Assembly (NCBI GenBank): GCA_963664705.1
Contig: OY761556.1
Coordinates: 960,001 to 1,024,000 of the forward strand
DNA length: 64,000 nucleotides
Reading direction: 5' to 3'
Source of the DNA: Acidobacteriota bacterium
GTDB taxonomy: Bacteria; Acidobacteriota; UBA6911
The notes beneath the pieces were generated by a model that saw nothing but the letters and a program-made list of their open reading frames with translations, had not been told where the DNA came from and searched no databases. A program made the translations under genes and the position numbers. Below, piece after piece: positions 10,324-18,869 of this stretch. Positions within the stretch are counted from its first letter, which is position 1. Each line of letters opens with the position of its first letter.

Positions 10324-13300
10324 ATGAAGGCAATGACCAAGCACCTCAAGGATGGCTTCAAACTGAATGATCGCTACCAAATTGAAGAAATGCTGGGGAT
10401 TCAGGACATAGGACAGCTTTATCGCTGCAGCGATCGCGCCACGGGGCGGGGTCGGGCGAGATTGCGGATTCTTTTCGGCGAGTCGCTTGGAGTAGCGGAT
10501 ACAGCGGCTATGAGCGGAGCCTTATCGCTGCTTCGCAGATTGCAGCACCCGAATCTGGGGCGCGTCTTGGATTATGGAATCATTAAGGGGTCTCAAGATC
10601 TGTTTGTCGTTCAGGAATGGGTGGATGGCAAGGATATATGGGTTGGAACCGAGGATGTGGAATTTGAAGAGCTGTTGAGTATTTTGATCGATGTCGTTCA
10701 GTCTGTGCATTACTTGCATACACGCGGACTGGTTCACGGCTGTTTGAATTCCTCGAATATCATCCTGGCCAAGAATGGGAAGGGCACGAGGCCAAAGCTG
10801 TTGGATTTCGGCCTGGTGCGAAGCCTTCCGCAGCATGGAGGCAGCAGACTAGGGAATCCCGTGCACTTGGCTCCAGAGCTTTTGTTGGGTGGAGCCGTCA
10901 CCCAAAGCTCCGATCTGTATTCTCTGGGAATCCTGATTTATCAGTTGTTGACGCGCCGGCTTCCTTTCGAAGATGTTGACCCCGGTTTTCTGGTGGAAAA
11001 GCGCCTGCAGGTAAACATCGATCTGAGGCCGATAGGGCGTCTTAAGAATGGCGCCGTATTGAAGGAGATGTTGTGCAATCTGCTGGAAAGAGATGCGGAT
11101 AAACGATCCGGATCCAGTGAGGGCGTCTTACGGGGGTTGATAGAAGTACTTGGACGCGATACATCACGCCGGAATGCCAGGGATTTGCGAAACCTGTTCT
11201 CCTCATCGCGATTCGTCGGCAGGGACAACGAGCAGAGTCTTCTCAAGAAGTGCGCTAGCCAGGTGGAGGTGAACGGGCGAGGGTGGACCGTGTTTGTATC
11301 CGGAGAAGGAGGTTTGGGGAAGAGCAGGCTTTTGGAGGAATTTTCAAGCTGGGCCCGTTTGGAAGGCTGGCGGGTAATTGAAGGAGCCTGCGATACGCGC
11401 CACCAGGAGCCTTACGGGCCCTACCGGCAGATTCTGGCTCAGACGGAATCCATGAGTGGAGAATCCATATTCCGTTTTGAGAATACGTCACGGTCACAGG
11501 AAATGAGATCCTTTGAACCATCTCCTGAGTTTGCTGCCGGCCAGTTCCGGGATCTTCTGACCCGGGAGCTTGTCCGACGGTTGAGCGTGTGCCCAACCTT
11601 GCTTTTACTGCATGACTTTCATTTATCTGATGAGGCTACCAGTACTGTTCTGGACTATCTGAGTTCGGACATTCAGACGCACCCGATATTGATGTGCGTG
11701 AGTCTGAGATCCTGCGAGGACGCAGGTGGAGGAATTAACCGCGCCATAGAGCAGGCTCTGAGGCAGCAGCGGGGCGAGGTTTTGAACCTTGAGCCTCTGG
11801 TTGAAGGTAGTGTAGGTGAGCTTGTGGCCGGGATTACAGGCGATGCCAGGCTTAAAGGTACCCTGGGATCGTGGATGTATAACAATATAGGAGGAAACCC
11901 ATTCTTTATTGAGGAGATGTTGAAGCATCTGGTGGAGCAGGGATTGCTGCGTTGTGAATTGGATCGATTCCGGTTCAGGAATAGGGATTTGCAGAGATTG
12001 GAAGTGCCTGAAACGATTGGAGCGGTACTGCAGCGTCGACTTGTGCACCTGTCTTCAGCAGCGGGAAATCTGGCAAACTGGCTCGCCTTATTTCACCGGC
12101 CGATTACCAAAAGCCTCCTGACATCGATTTTGGAGTGGGAGGATGCGGAGGTAGCCAAAGCTTTGCAGGAGCTGAGGGAACGGCAGTTGGTGCGGATTGA
12201 AATGGGCGATGCGTTTGAAGTTATTGAGTTAGGCCACGTTCTCTTTGCAGAAGTCATTCGAGGGAATTTGCCGAAGGCTAAGCGCTTGAGGATGCATAGA
12301 AAGATAGCCGAGGTTCTGGAGCGGGAATATGGATGCGAAGGGAATCTCCAGGAATTGGCAATGCATGCAATGGAAGGGCGGACGGGGGTCAAGTCTGTCC
12401 GATATGCGCTGACATTGGCGACTCAGTCCCATGCTGAATTTGCCCACGAAAAAGCACTGCAATGCTATGAATATGTGTTTCGTCATCGAGGCGACCTGAC
12501 GGAGGCCGACCTTTGCCAAGCCGCCATCGAAGCCAGCGATACAATGTTTGCACTGGGAATTCCGACCCAAGCTATCAGGCTTTTGAAAAGAGAGATGAAT
12601 TGGTGCGGCAATATCGATCAGGAATTAAGGGCGGGATTGTTGATGCAATTCGCGGTTGCATATAAGCACTTAGGAGATTTGATTCGAAAGGATACATTTT
12701 GTAAAAAGGGGCTTCATTACCTTCGCCATTCACGTTTTGATAAGAATCCAACAAAAGCATTGCTATGGGCCGAACTGGCTTTCAACGCTATGCTACGATC
12801 TAATCCAAAACTTGGACTAAGGTTGTTAAAAAAAGCCCAATCTGCCTGTCCTGAATCCAATTCAGGGATTCTGGCTGGCAGGATACAAAACCTCGCGGCA
12901 TCTCTTCATCGAGTGGCATGCAACTTCCAAAAGGCTCTCATTGCAGGCGAGAAAGCGGTTAGTATTTTTACCAAGTGTGATAGTTCCTTTCTAGTTTGCT
13001 CCGCCTATTCAACTTTGGGCTTGGTTTTAATGGGCCTAGGAAGATTTTCACTTGCCCTAAGAATGCATCAAGATGCTGTCACGGAAAGCGAAAAGAATCG
13101 CTCGGTCGCGCTAAGGGCTCAAGCATCTGCCAATCTACTAGAGTGTTTGTGCAAAATGGGGCGAATGACAGAAGCTGCGGAGTTGGCCGAAAATGCCAGC
13201 GAATATATTTATGGGCTACAGAATCCATCCATAAGAGATGCTTTTATTGTCATCATGGCCGAAATTAAGCTAAACCTTTGCGATTACAGTGGAGCGCTTG

Positions 13301-15693
13301 ATCTGATCAGGCAGTTGGATGAAAAGAGAATTGGGCGTTCAGCCGTGTATATTTCGGGCCATGCTCATTATGTCGCTGCCAGTGCTTTTTTCTATTTGGG
13401 AGATTTTGATTCAGCGATTCATCACATTGAAACAATTTTTTCTGTTCAACGGGCAGAAGCTCCTTTTTATGAGAGAGAGTTGGCCGCTGCGCTGCAGGCC
13501 CGCATTATGTCCGAACGAGGCCTCGCTGATCGTGCAATCAAGCAATTGCGCTCACTTGACAAAACGGTTACCCGAAAAAAGTGGCCTTATCAGATGTGCA
13601 TCATAAAGCTTCACCTAGCTGAAATAATGCTTCGAAAACAGCTCTATGATACTGCCAAAAAATTAGCAAAGAATGCGTTGCGATTGGCAAAGGGTATGCA
13701 TTCCGAATCCCTAATTGGGCAAAGTTACCTTTTGCTTGGGAGTGCATACTCCAGACTTTTTCACTCTAATGATAAGGACAGATTGTATCTTGGTTATGCG
13801 ATAGAGAACCTGCAATTTGTATGCAACTCAAGCGCCTCCGTTTCCAATGAAACTGTTTGGCGAGCCTGTGCAGAATTGAGTTTGATATATGAAGAGTTGG
13901 CAAATTCGAGAAAAAGCGTCGATTATGCGGAAAAAGCGCATAATTGTTTATCTAAAATCGAAAGACGATTGTCGCAGAGGATGCAGGATTCTTATATAAA
14001 CGCATTCGGACGAAATTACCTGAAATCCGAAGTGCTTCGACTTGCTGATCGGCGTGGAAGCTGTCAAACACAAGATAATTCGGGGCCTGGGCTAATTGCG
14101 AGTATCGAGGGTAGAATACTGTTGCGAGTCAGCGCGGCAGTAAACTCAATTCCGGACATAAACCGACTTTTGGAACGAATATTGGATCAGTTGATCCAGG
14201 CTGCAGGACTGGAGCGGGCTTTTGCTTTTCTTGCTGACAGCTCAAACCGAGATCTTTGTTTGGCCAAAGGCAGAAATCACCTAAGAGAGACTATTCAGAA
14301 CGCGGGAGCAACAATCGACACCATTGTTGAGGAGGTGTTTGAACGAGGTCTGCCTATGGTTAGCTCTAATGCACAAATCGATCCGAGATTTAAGGACAAG
14401 GTAAACATGTTGGGGCATCAAGGCGTACTCCTTTGTGCTCCACTAAGAGTAGCCGACAGGATCCTTGGTGTTCTTTATGCAGATCATTCATTGCCAGAGG
14501 AAAACCTTAGCGAGTCAGTGTTTAACCTTTTTGCCGCCTTTTGCAATCTTGCTGGGATAGCTATTGATAACACAATTGTGCATCAGCAATTGGCTCGGGA
14601 AAAGTCGGAGTTGGAAGAGTATTTTCATCTCGCTCGTGGTGAATACCCCGAAATTGTTGGAAAAAGTGCCGTGGTGGAGTCATTGCGTGATCGAATAGGT
14701 ATGGCAGCCCAATCGCCGCTTGATATTTTGGTTATTGGAGAAAGTGGTACGGGGAAGGAACTTGTTGCCAAAGCCATTCATAGCTCAGGAAATAGAAAAA
14801 ATGGGAAATTTATAGCAGTCGATTGTGGCTCGCTTTCTGACACGCTAGCAGAGGCAGAGTTATTTGGCTATCGCAAAGGGGCGTTTACAGGGGCGTTCGA
14901 AAATCGGCCAGGGCTACTTGAGGCAGCTAACGGCGGGATCTTATTTCTGGATGAAATATCGAACATGCCGTTGAAAACACAACCAAAATTATTGCGCGTT
15001 CTTCAGGAAAGGGAAGTTAGGAGAATTGGTGAAACCATAACAAGAAAAGTGGATTTTCAGGTAGTGTCGGCAACCAACAGAGATATTCTACTGGATGTAC
15101 GAGAGGGGAAATTTCGAGAGGATCTATATCATCGTCTGAGAGGAATGGAAATACGCGTGCCCCCATTAAGGGATCGTTTGGGCGACATCCAACTGTTGGT
15201 TGACTGGCATTTGTCGGATATTAACCGAGCAACTAGCAAGAAAAGGAAGTTTTCACAAGAGGCGAGGGAGATCTTATCTAGATATCACTATCCCGGAAAT
15301 ATACGCGAACTCAAGAACGTTGTTGCTGATGCCTATTATTCAGCAAAGGGCGGGCAGATAAGCGTTGGCGATTTGCCAGTCGAGGTCAGGGGAATGCTTT
15401 CGGAAGAGTTCAGTGCCGACAATGGCATTGCTTCGCGGTTATATATTCAAATTGCTGAAGGACGCGGAACCTTTGAAGAATTGGTAAAGAAGCCGTTCAT
15501 TGATCGCCAGTTAAGCCCACCAATACTTCGAAGCATTATTGAGAGGGCGTTGAGGGAGTCAGCGGGGAGCTACAGAAAGGCATTTTCGATTTTAAAAATC
15601 CCCGGGCGGCAGTATTCGCTGACTATCAGATTTTTAAAGCATTATAAGTGCTATTTAAACTACCAGCAGTTCAGACAGCGCGAATATGATTAG
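10324..15693 (+). CDS. giant sigma54 enhancer-binding protein: Ser/Thr pseudokinase - P-loop ATPase - TPR-like helical region - GAF - sigma54 AAA+ - C-terminal helical/HTH region
   Basis: Kinase fold (HPNL, DFG, APE, SDLYSLG); FVGR/GEGGLGKS/GGNPFF ATPase; long helical repeats; GAF (LCAPL...GVLYAD); GESGTGKE, GAFTGA, FLDEI and YPGNIREL. Start at ATG 10324 after GGAG. Confidence 0.9.
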   Translation: MKAMTKHLKDGFKLNDRYQIEEMLGIQDIGQLYRCSDRATGRGRARLRILFGESLGVADTAAMSGALSLLRRLQHPNLGRVLDYGIIKGSQDLFVVQEWVDGKDIWVGTEDVEFEELLSILIDVVQSVHYLHTRGLVHGCLNSSNIILAKNGKGTRPKLLDFGLVRSLPQHGGSRLGNPVHLAPELLLGGAVTQSSDLYSLGILIYQLLTRRLPFEDVDPGFLVEKRLQVNIDLRPIGRLKNGAVLKEMLCNLLERDADKRSGSSEGVLRGLIEVLGRDTSRRNARDLRNLFSSSRFVGRDNEQSLLKKCASQVEVNGRGWTVFVSGEGGLGKSRLLEEFSSWARLEGWRVIEGACDTRHQEPYGPYRQILAQTESMSGESIFRFENTSRSQEMRSFEPSPEFAAGQFRDLLTRELVRRLSVCPTLLLLHDFHLSDEATSTVLDYLSSDIQTHPILMCVSLRSCEDAGGGINRAIEQALRQQRGEVLNLEPLVEGSVGELVAGITGDARLKGTLGSWMYNNIGGNPFFIEEMLKHLVEQGLLRCELDRFRFRNRDLQRLEVPETIGAVLQRRLVHLSSAAGNLANWLALFHRPITKSLLTSILEWEDAEVAKALQELRERQLVRIEMGDAFEVIELGHVLFAEVIRGNLPKAKRLRMHRKIAEVLEREYGCEGNLQELAMHAMEGRTGVKSVRYALTLATQSHAEFAHEKALQCYEYVFRHRGDLTEADLCQAAIEASDTMFALGIPTQAIRLLKREMNWCGNIDQELRAGLLMQFAVAYKHLGDLIRKDTFCKKGLHYLRHSRFDKNPTKALLWAELAFNAMLRSNPKLGLRLLKKAQSACPESNSGILAGRIQNLAASLHRVACNFQKALIAGEKAVSIFTKCDSSFLVCSAYSTLGLVLMGLGRFSLALRMHQDAVTESEKNRSVALRAQASANLLECLCKMGRMTEAAELAENASEYIYGLQNPSIRDAFIVIMAEIKLNLCDYSGALDLIRQLDEKRIGRSAVYISGHAHYVAASAFFYLGDFDSAIHHIETIFSVQRAEAPFYERELAAALQARIMSERGLADRAIKQLRSLDKTVTRKKWPYQMCIIKLHLAEIMLRKQLYDTAKKLAKNALRLAKGMHSESLIGQSYLLLGSAYSRLFHSNDKDRLYLGYAIENLQFVCNSSASVSNETVWRACAELSLIYEELANSRKSVDYAEKAHNCLSKIERRLSQRMQDSYINAFGRNYLKSEVLRLADRRGSCQTQDNSGPGLIASIEGRILLRVSAAVNSIPDINRLLERILDQLIQAAGLERAFAFLADSSNRDLCLAKGRNHLRETIQNAGATIDTIVEEVFERGLPMVSSNAQIDPRFKDKVNMLGHQGVLLCAPLRVADRILGVLYADHSLPEENLSESVFNLFAAFCNLAGIAIDNTIVHQQLAREKSELEEYFHLARGEYPEIVGKSAVVESLRDRIGMAAQSPLDILVIGESGTGKELVAKAIHSSGNRKNGKFIAVDCGSLSDTLAEAELFGYRKGAFTGAFENRPGLLEAANGGILFLDEISNMPLKTQPKLLRVLQEREVRRIGETITRKVDFQVVSATNRDILLDVREGKFREDLYHRLRGMEIRVPPLRDRLGDIQLLVDWHLSDINRATSKKRKFSQEAREILSRYHYPGNIRELKNVVADAYYSAKGGQISVGDLPVEVRGMLSEEFSADNGIASRLYIQIAEGRGTFEELVKKPFIDRQLSPPILRSIIERALRESAGSYRKAFSILKIPGRQYSLTIRFLKHYKCYLNYQQFRQREYD

Positions 15694-15704
15694 TCTTTCG
15701 ATGC

Positions 15705-18095
15705 CTATGCGCGATAAAAATCGATAACGTTTGTATCCAATGTGAATTTTTGAAGAATGCCCGATCGAAGGTTTTCCTGTGCAGAATGCAAAAGTGATAA
15801 AATTGTAGCTCCATCTTTGGGGTAGAATGAAATTCCTATTTGGCAGTCAATAGAAAAACCCTGTCCAATCGTCGGGCGGTTGCCTCTTATCTGCTGTTTC
15901 AATCGTTGAGCGCAACGTAATGCCTGGTCATCCCTGACGCCTGGGAGAAAGACAACAAATCCCTGAGCCCCATAGCAAACAAGAATGTCACTTTCTCGCA
16001 GTTCAGGCTTAATGCTATCCGCAATTTTTTTGAAAACTGAATCAGCCAAATTAGAACCAAAATTCCGTACAATCTGGGGAAGATTTCTGATCTCAATATA
16101 TATTAGCGAAATTGGTGTTCTGTTTTCAGCGGCTGCAGATATCAGTTGCGGGCCGACTGCGGCTAAATATGAGATTCTGCAAAGGCCGGTGACTGGATCA
16201 ATAGTATCACTAGAGGTTTTACTATCCTCGTTGGCTGCATCTGCGAAAAGAGGCGCAATAACATTTGCCACGGTTTGCAGGACTGCAAGGTGGTTCTCAG
16301 TGTAGGAGATTGGATCTTGTCCGTAGAGTGAGAGCGTTCCAAGGCATTCGTCTTCTTTGGTTATGGGCACGACAAGTGTATCGCTAAATGAGAACTGTGA
16401 TTCCCCTGGCGTTCCCTGGAAATCGAGCGCCGGCCCCGTGTTGATCATTGGGCGCTTATGTGCCGCCACCCACCCGCTGATTCCCTTTCCAACCTCCATT
16501 TCTCTGTTTTGAAGTGATTCTGAGAACATTCCGCTAACATATGTAGCCGAAATTTTGTTTTCGGAATTGCATATGAAGAAGGCGCAGGTGGAATATGGGA
16601 CCAAAGCTTTCAGTCGCTGCGCCAGGATGGAAAGAACATCGTTTAGGCGCAAGTGCCCGGAGATTGTACTGCAAAGCTCCGTTAATTGAATTAGCTCGGC
16701 TGGTATGTCCAAACTTGACTTGGCGGTTTTGGTGGCGATATCTGGCTCACTTGTTTCCGAATACTTTCGGAATGACAACTGCGGTGCATTCTCGGATTCC
16801 TTTAGTGCCGCTTGTTCCAGTTCATCAATGTGTTTTGTGAAAATGTCGACAAGGTGTGGATCATAGACCGTCCCCGCCTGATTGCGCAAAATCTCAGCCG
16901 CTTCATCTTTGCCAATAGGCAGTTTATAGGGACGAGAGAACCGGATTGCATCAAAAGCGTCAGAAATTGCAAGAATCCTTGCCCCCAAGGGAATATCCTC
17001 ACCCTTTAGGCCATCCGGATATCCTAGTCCATCCCAGCGCTCATGATGTGAACGAACATATTTTGCCACAGGATATGGGAATCTTACTTGTTGAAGAATC
17101 TCATCTCCCGCAATGGAATGAACCTTGATCTTTTCAAATTCTTTTTTTGAAAGCCGTCCAGGTTTGTTTAGGATATAGTCGTCAATAGCAATCTTTCCTA
17201 TGTCATGAAGCAGCGATCCGGTTTCAATTGCTCGTAACTCATCTGGCTCCCTAATTCCACAAAGTTTAGCCAACCCCATCGCATAAATCTTTACTCGACG
17301 AATATGGCCATAGGTTGTTTGATCTTTTGCATCAACGGCAAGTGCTAATGATTCAACCGTGCGCAGGTACAATTGCTCTTGTTCTTTTAGATGGTCCTGC
17401 GCCTCTGCAACCCTGCTTTTATTGATCTGGTTCCATCCCCAAACAATGCCTATGATTGGTATCGCGGCGAATGCAGCCCAAGAGCCTAGCCATTGGTATA
17501 AAACAGCCATCACTGCAGCACACATTCCTGAAAGAGAGTAATCCATAGAGAGTGGGACACAAGTTTTGGCCCAAAATCTAAAGACACTTTCATCTGATGA
17601 CCATGCGATGGCAGTTGATGTGGAAATCGAGTTAAACAGGAAGAAGCTAAGAGTTAGAAGTGCGGCGGGAACAACAATATCAATTGGTTTGGCGCTGAAT
17701 TGGTGAATGCTTTGATAGATTGAACTGTAGATCCAAGCCCCACACGTGGTGCTTGCAACGTTAAATGCAACCCTATGGGCGTAGACTTTGGGCTTCTGTG
17801 AGACAATCGAGATAATGAGAATGTATACAAAAGTGCCAATAACACATGGTGCGGTTCCATATATCATGGCTATTGCCATGATATATGAATCACCTACTGT
17901 AATTGCAGCTTTGAAATGAGGCAGGTGCAGAAAACAAAAGATGGTAACAAGGGCAACCGCAAGGAGAATCAGCCATCGACTATCATATCCTCCTTTTGAG
18001 AGCTTAATGCCGGCCCAGAGCAATATAGGTATGGCTGAACAAACCAATAGACCTATATATAGCCTTAACTTTGATGGAAGATCTGCCCATGCCAT
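15705..18095 (-). CDS. multi-TM membrane sensor - HD-GYP phosphodiesterase - GAF - degenerate GGDEF
   Basis: About 220-aa hydrophobic N-terminus; intact DAKD, HDIGK and HHERWDGLGYPDGL; GAF (GKGISGWVA); GGDEF replaced by GAQGF. Confidence 0.9.
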   Translation of the reverse strand: MAWADLPSKLRLYIGLLVCSAIPILLWAGIKLSKGGYDSRWLILLAVALVTIFCFLHLPHFKAAITVGDSYIMAIAMIYGTAPCVIGTFVYILIISIVSQKPKVYAHRVAFNVASTTCGAWIYSSIYQSIHQFSAKPIDIVVPAALLTLSFFLFNSISTSTAIAWSSDESVFRFWAKTCVPLSMDYSLSGMCAAVMAVLYQWLGSWAAFAAIPIIGIVWGWNQINKSRVAEAQDHLKEQEQLYLRTVESLALAVDAKDQTTYGHIRRVKIYAMGLAKLCGIREPDELRAIETGSLLHDIGKIAIDDYILNKPGRLSKKEFEKIKVHSIAGDEILQQVRFPYPVAKYVRSHHERWDGLGYPDGLKGEDIPLGARILAISDAFDAIRFSRPYKLPIGKDEAAEILRNQAGTVYDPHLVDIFTKHIDELEQAALKESENAPQLSFRKYSETSEPDIATKTAKSSLDIPAELIQLTELCSTISGHLRLNDVLSILAQRLKALVPYSTCAFFICNSENKISATYVSGMFSESLQNREMEVGKGISGWVAAHKRPMINTGPALDFQGTPGESQFSFSDTLVVPITKEDECLGTLSLYGQDPISYTENHLAVLQTVANVIAPLFADAANEDSKTSSDTIDPVTGLCRISYLAAVGPQLISAAAENRTPISLIYIEIRNLPQIVRNFGSNLADSVFKKIADSIKPELRESDILVCYGAQGFVVFLPGVRDDQALRCAQRLKQQIRGNRPTIGQGFSIDCQIGISFYPKDGATILSLLHSAQENLRSGILQKFTLDTNVIDFYRA

Positions 18096-18161
18096 GATTA
18101 TCTTCTACTTAAATCAGTAGCCTACCAAATCATGTATCGGCAAAAAACCACCTAATCTTAA

Positions 18162-18192
18162 CCTGCAATTAGGGTTAAAACCTAATTGCAGG
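18162..18192 (-). terminator. perfect 12-bp hairpin between the peptide ORF and the HD-GYP gene
   Basis: CCTGCAATTAGG-GTTAAAA-CCTAATTGCAGG; a T6 run follows shortly downstream on the minus strand. Confidence 0.7.
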
Positions 18193-18235
18193 CCATTTAA
18201 TCAAATTCATCTAGTTTGCTGCTAGAATGAGAATA

Positions 18236-18298
18236 CTAGCCAACCCAAATAATCATAGGGGTTTCACGGGATTCGAGAATTTCGATATCGGTCTGCAT
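18236..18298 (-). CDS. putative 20-aa precursor peptide MQTDIEILESRETPMIIWVG
   Basis: GGAG RBS 5 nt before ATG; ends at TAG; acidic leader ending in LExxExP, then a hydrophobic Trp-containing hexapeptide; followed by hairpins; lies between an RRE-M50-HlyD gene and a membrane sensor. Below the ORF-track size cutoff. Confidence 0.75.
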   Translation of the reverse strand: MQTDIEILESRETPMIIWVG

Positions 18299-18341
18299 TT
18301 TATCTCCAAATATCTGAATGGGTTGTGTTTAAAAAAACAAC

Positions 18342-18356
18342 ACAATACTCTTGCCG
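18342..18356 (-). promoter_or_regulatory. possible sigma54 (-24/-12) promoter for the peptide ORF
   Basis: CGGCAAGAGTATTGT: correct GG-N10 spacing, but TTGT instead of TTGC; about 43 nt upstream of the ATG. Confidence 0.35.
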
Positions 18357-18359
18357 CTG

Positions 18360-18407
18360 TCACAGCCAGAGAATTGCACTCGCCATAGCAGTCTCCTCTT
18401 TAATCAT
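18360..18407 (-). CDS. possible second micro-peptide MIKEETAMASAILWL (or MASAILWL from 18386)
   Basis: AAGAGGAG lies 6 nt before ATG 18386, and there is an in-frame ATG at 18407. The C-terminal AILWL resembles MIIWV of the neighbouring peptide. Confidence 0.4.
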   Translation of the reverse strand: MIKEETAMASAILWL

Positions 18408-18742
18408 TGAATGAACATCCCTCTCTCGATATAGCTCGACCGATCCCAAAGACACCCCAAAAAACCAGGCGCCATTCGGGCCACTTCCAAAGCAATGCCA
18501 CTCACACCGGTTATGAAACCGATATGCAATACGTAAAACAAGCGCGGCTTACTTCTTCAGCTTCGCTCTTACTCAAATTGGGAAAAGCATTCAACCCACA
18601 CCCAAAAGGGCACGGCCTGAACACTCGTCAAGGTGAGAGAGCTATTCGAGAAATTGCTGATCACTCACCGCAACCAAGAACCAGGAGCTAGGTTTCCTGA
18701 TCCCCGGCATTTTACTGTACAACAGACTCTTTGATAAACCAG

Positions 18743-18772
18743 ACCGTAGCAGGGCTTACAGTCTAGTGTCAA
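18743..18772 (-). promoter_or_regulatory. sigma70-like promoter pointing toward the peptide ORFs
   Basis: TTGACA-N18-TACGGT with an extended -10 TG. Confidence 0.4.
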
Positions 18773-18869
18773 CAAAATTCTAATTTCTTTTAAAGTTTTC
18801 AGGCTTGTTGCCGACCGTTCCAGGACTAGGTTCGACGCCGTCTCCAAATCGCCCGTCATCCGCCAAATC

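Noticed and set aside
18407-18691. 94-aa plus-strand ORF (and the 64-aa minus ORF at 18665-18859)
   Set aside because: No RBS or recognisable motif, and they overlap candidate promoters; likely spurious.
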